A stretch of DNA of 63,843 nucleotides, filler included, from Dugesia japonica (taxonomy: Eukaryota), in the NCBI GenBank assembly GCA_001938525.1. It is 7 parts of 7 records of this genome, joined end to end, with 100 filler letters (N's around TTAATTAATTAA, not from the genome) between each part and the next. Parts side by side here need not be neighbours in the genome. Positions count along the whole stretch, not along the records: positions 55,976 to 63,843 come from MQRL01385345.1; 6 more parts are not named here. One strand, 5' to 3'. The notes beneath the pieces were generated by a model. It saw only the letters and a program-made list of their open reading frames with translations, was not told the origin of the DNA and did not search any database. The position numbers and the translations under genes were made by a program. Each line of letters begins with the position of its first letter. The first letter of the stretch is position 1. Below, piece after piece: positions 63,591-63,843 of the stretch.

Positions 63591-63843
63591 TATAACCTTA
63601 ATATCGTCAGTTTATATAAATGGTATTCAATAAAAATAGTCTATATAGTGATCTTTACATGAATCGATAAAACTTTACTTTTAATAATTTCTTGTTTAGA
63701 ACTACTAATAAATTAACACTTTTATTATTTTTGCACTCAGTTGTTAAGTGTCAAAGACCAAAAACAGTTTAGCGTGTTTAGAAGAGTATTTTCAGAACAG
63801 AATTATGCACATCAATTGAAAATACCAAACCTTTTGTGCAGTT

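Overview
AT-rich metazoan genomic DNA, not prokaryotic. Talin and Ig exons, 44-70 nt GT-AG introns and abundant (AAT)n fit a triclad flatworm best (inference). The window is seven unrelated contigs of about 8-10 kb joined by artificial 100-nt spacers (N44-TTAATTAATTAA-N44), so nothing can be inferred across 10126, 18850, 28612, 37225, 46898 or 55876. Host genes: part of a giant coiled-coil/spectrin-repeat-like gene with a ~9.2 kb exon, an Ig-domain exon, a ubiquitin-like + pseudokinase gene and five talin rod exons. Much of the rest is decayed mobile DNA (hAT, mariner, Tc1, pogo, Ty3/gypsy, Penelope with minimal hammerhead ribozymes, probable Maverick/Polinton remnants). The standout is a decayed Ty3/gypsy-type polyprotein at 23232-28290 (+) ordered Gag capsid - 3x CCHC - ubiquitin-like - Bcl-2-like + TM - chuvirus-like fusion glycoprotein - aspartic protease. 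Its envelope lies between gag and pol, and one hydrophobic helix may serve as both Bcl-2 tail anchor and Env signal peptide. All protein family calls are by eye from remembered motifs and need HMM or structure confirmation.
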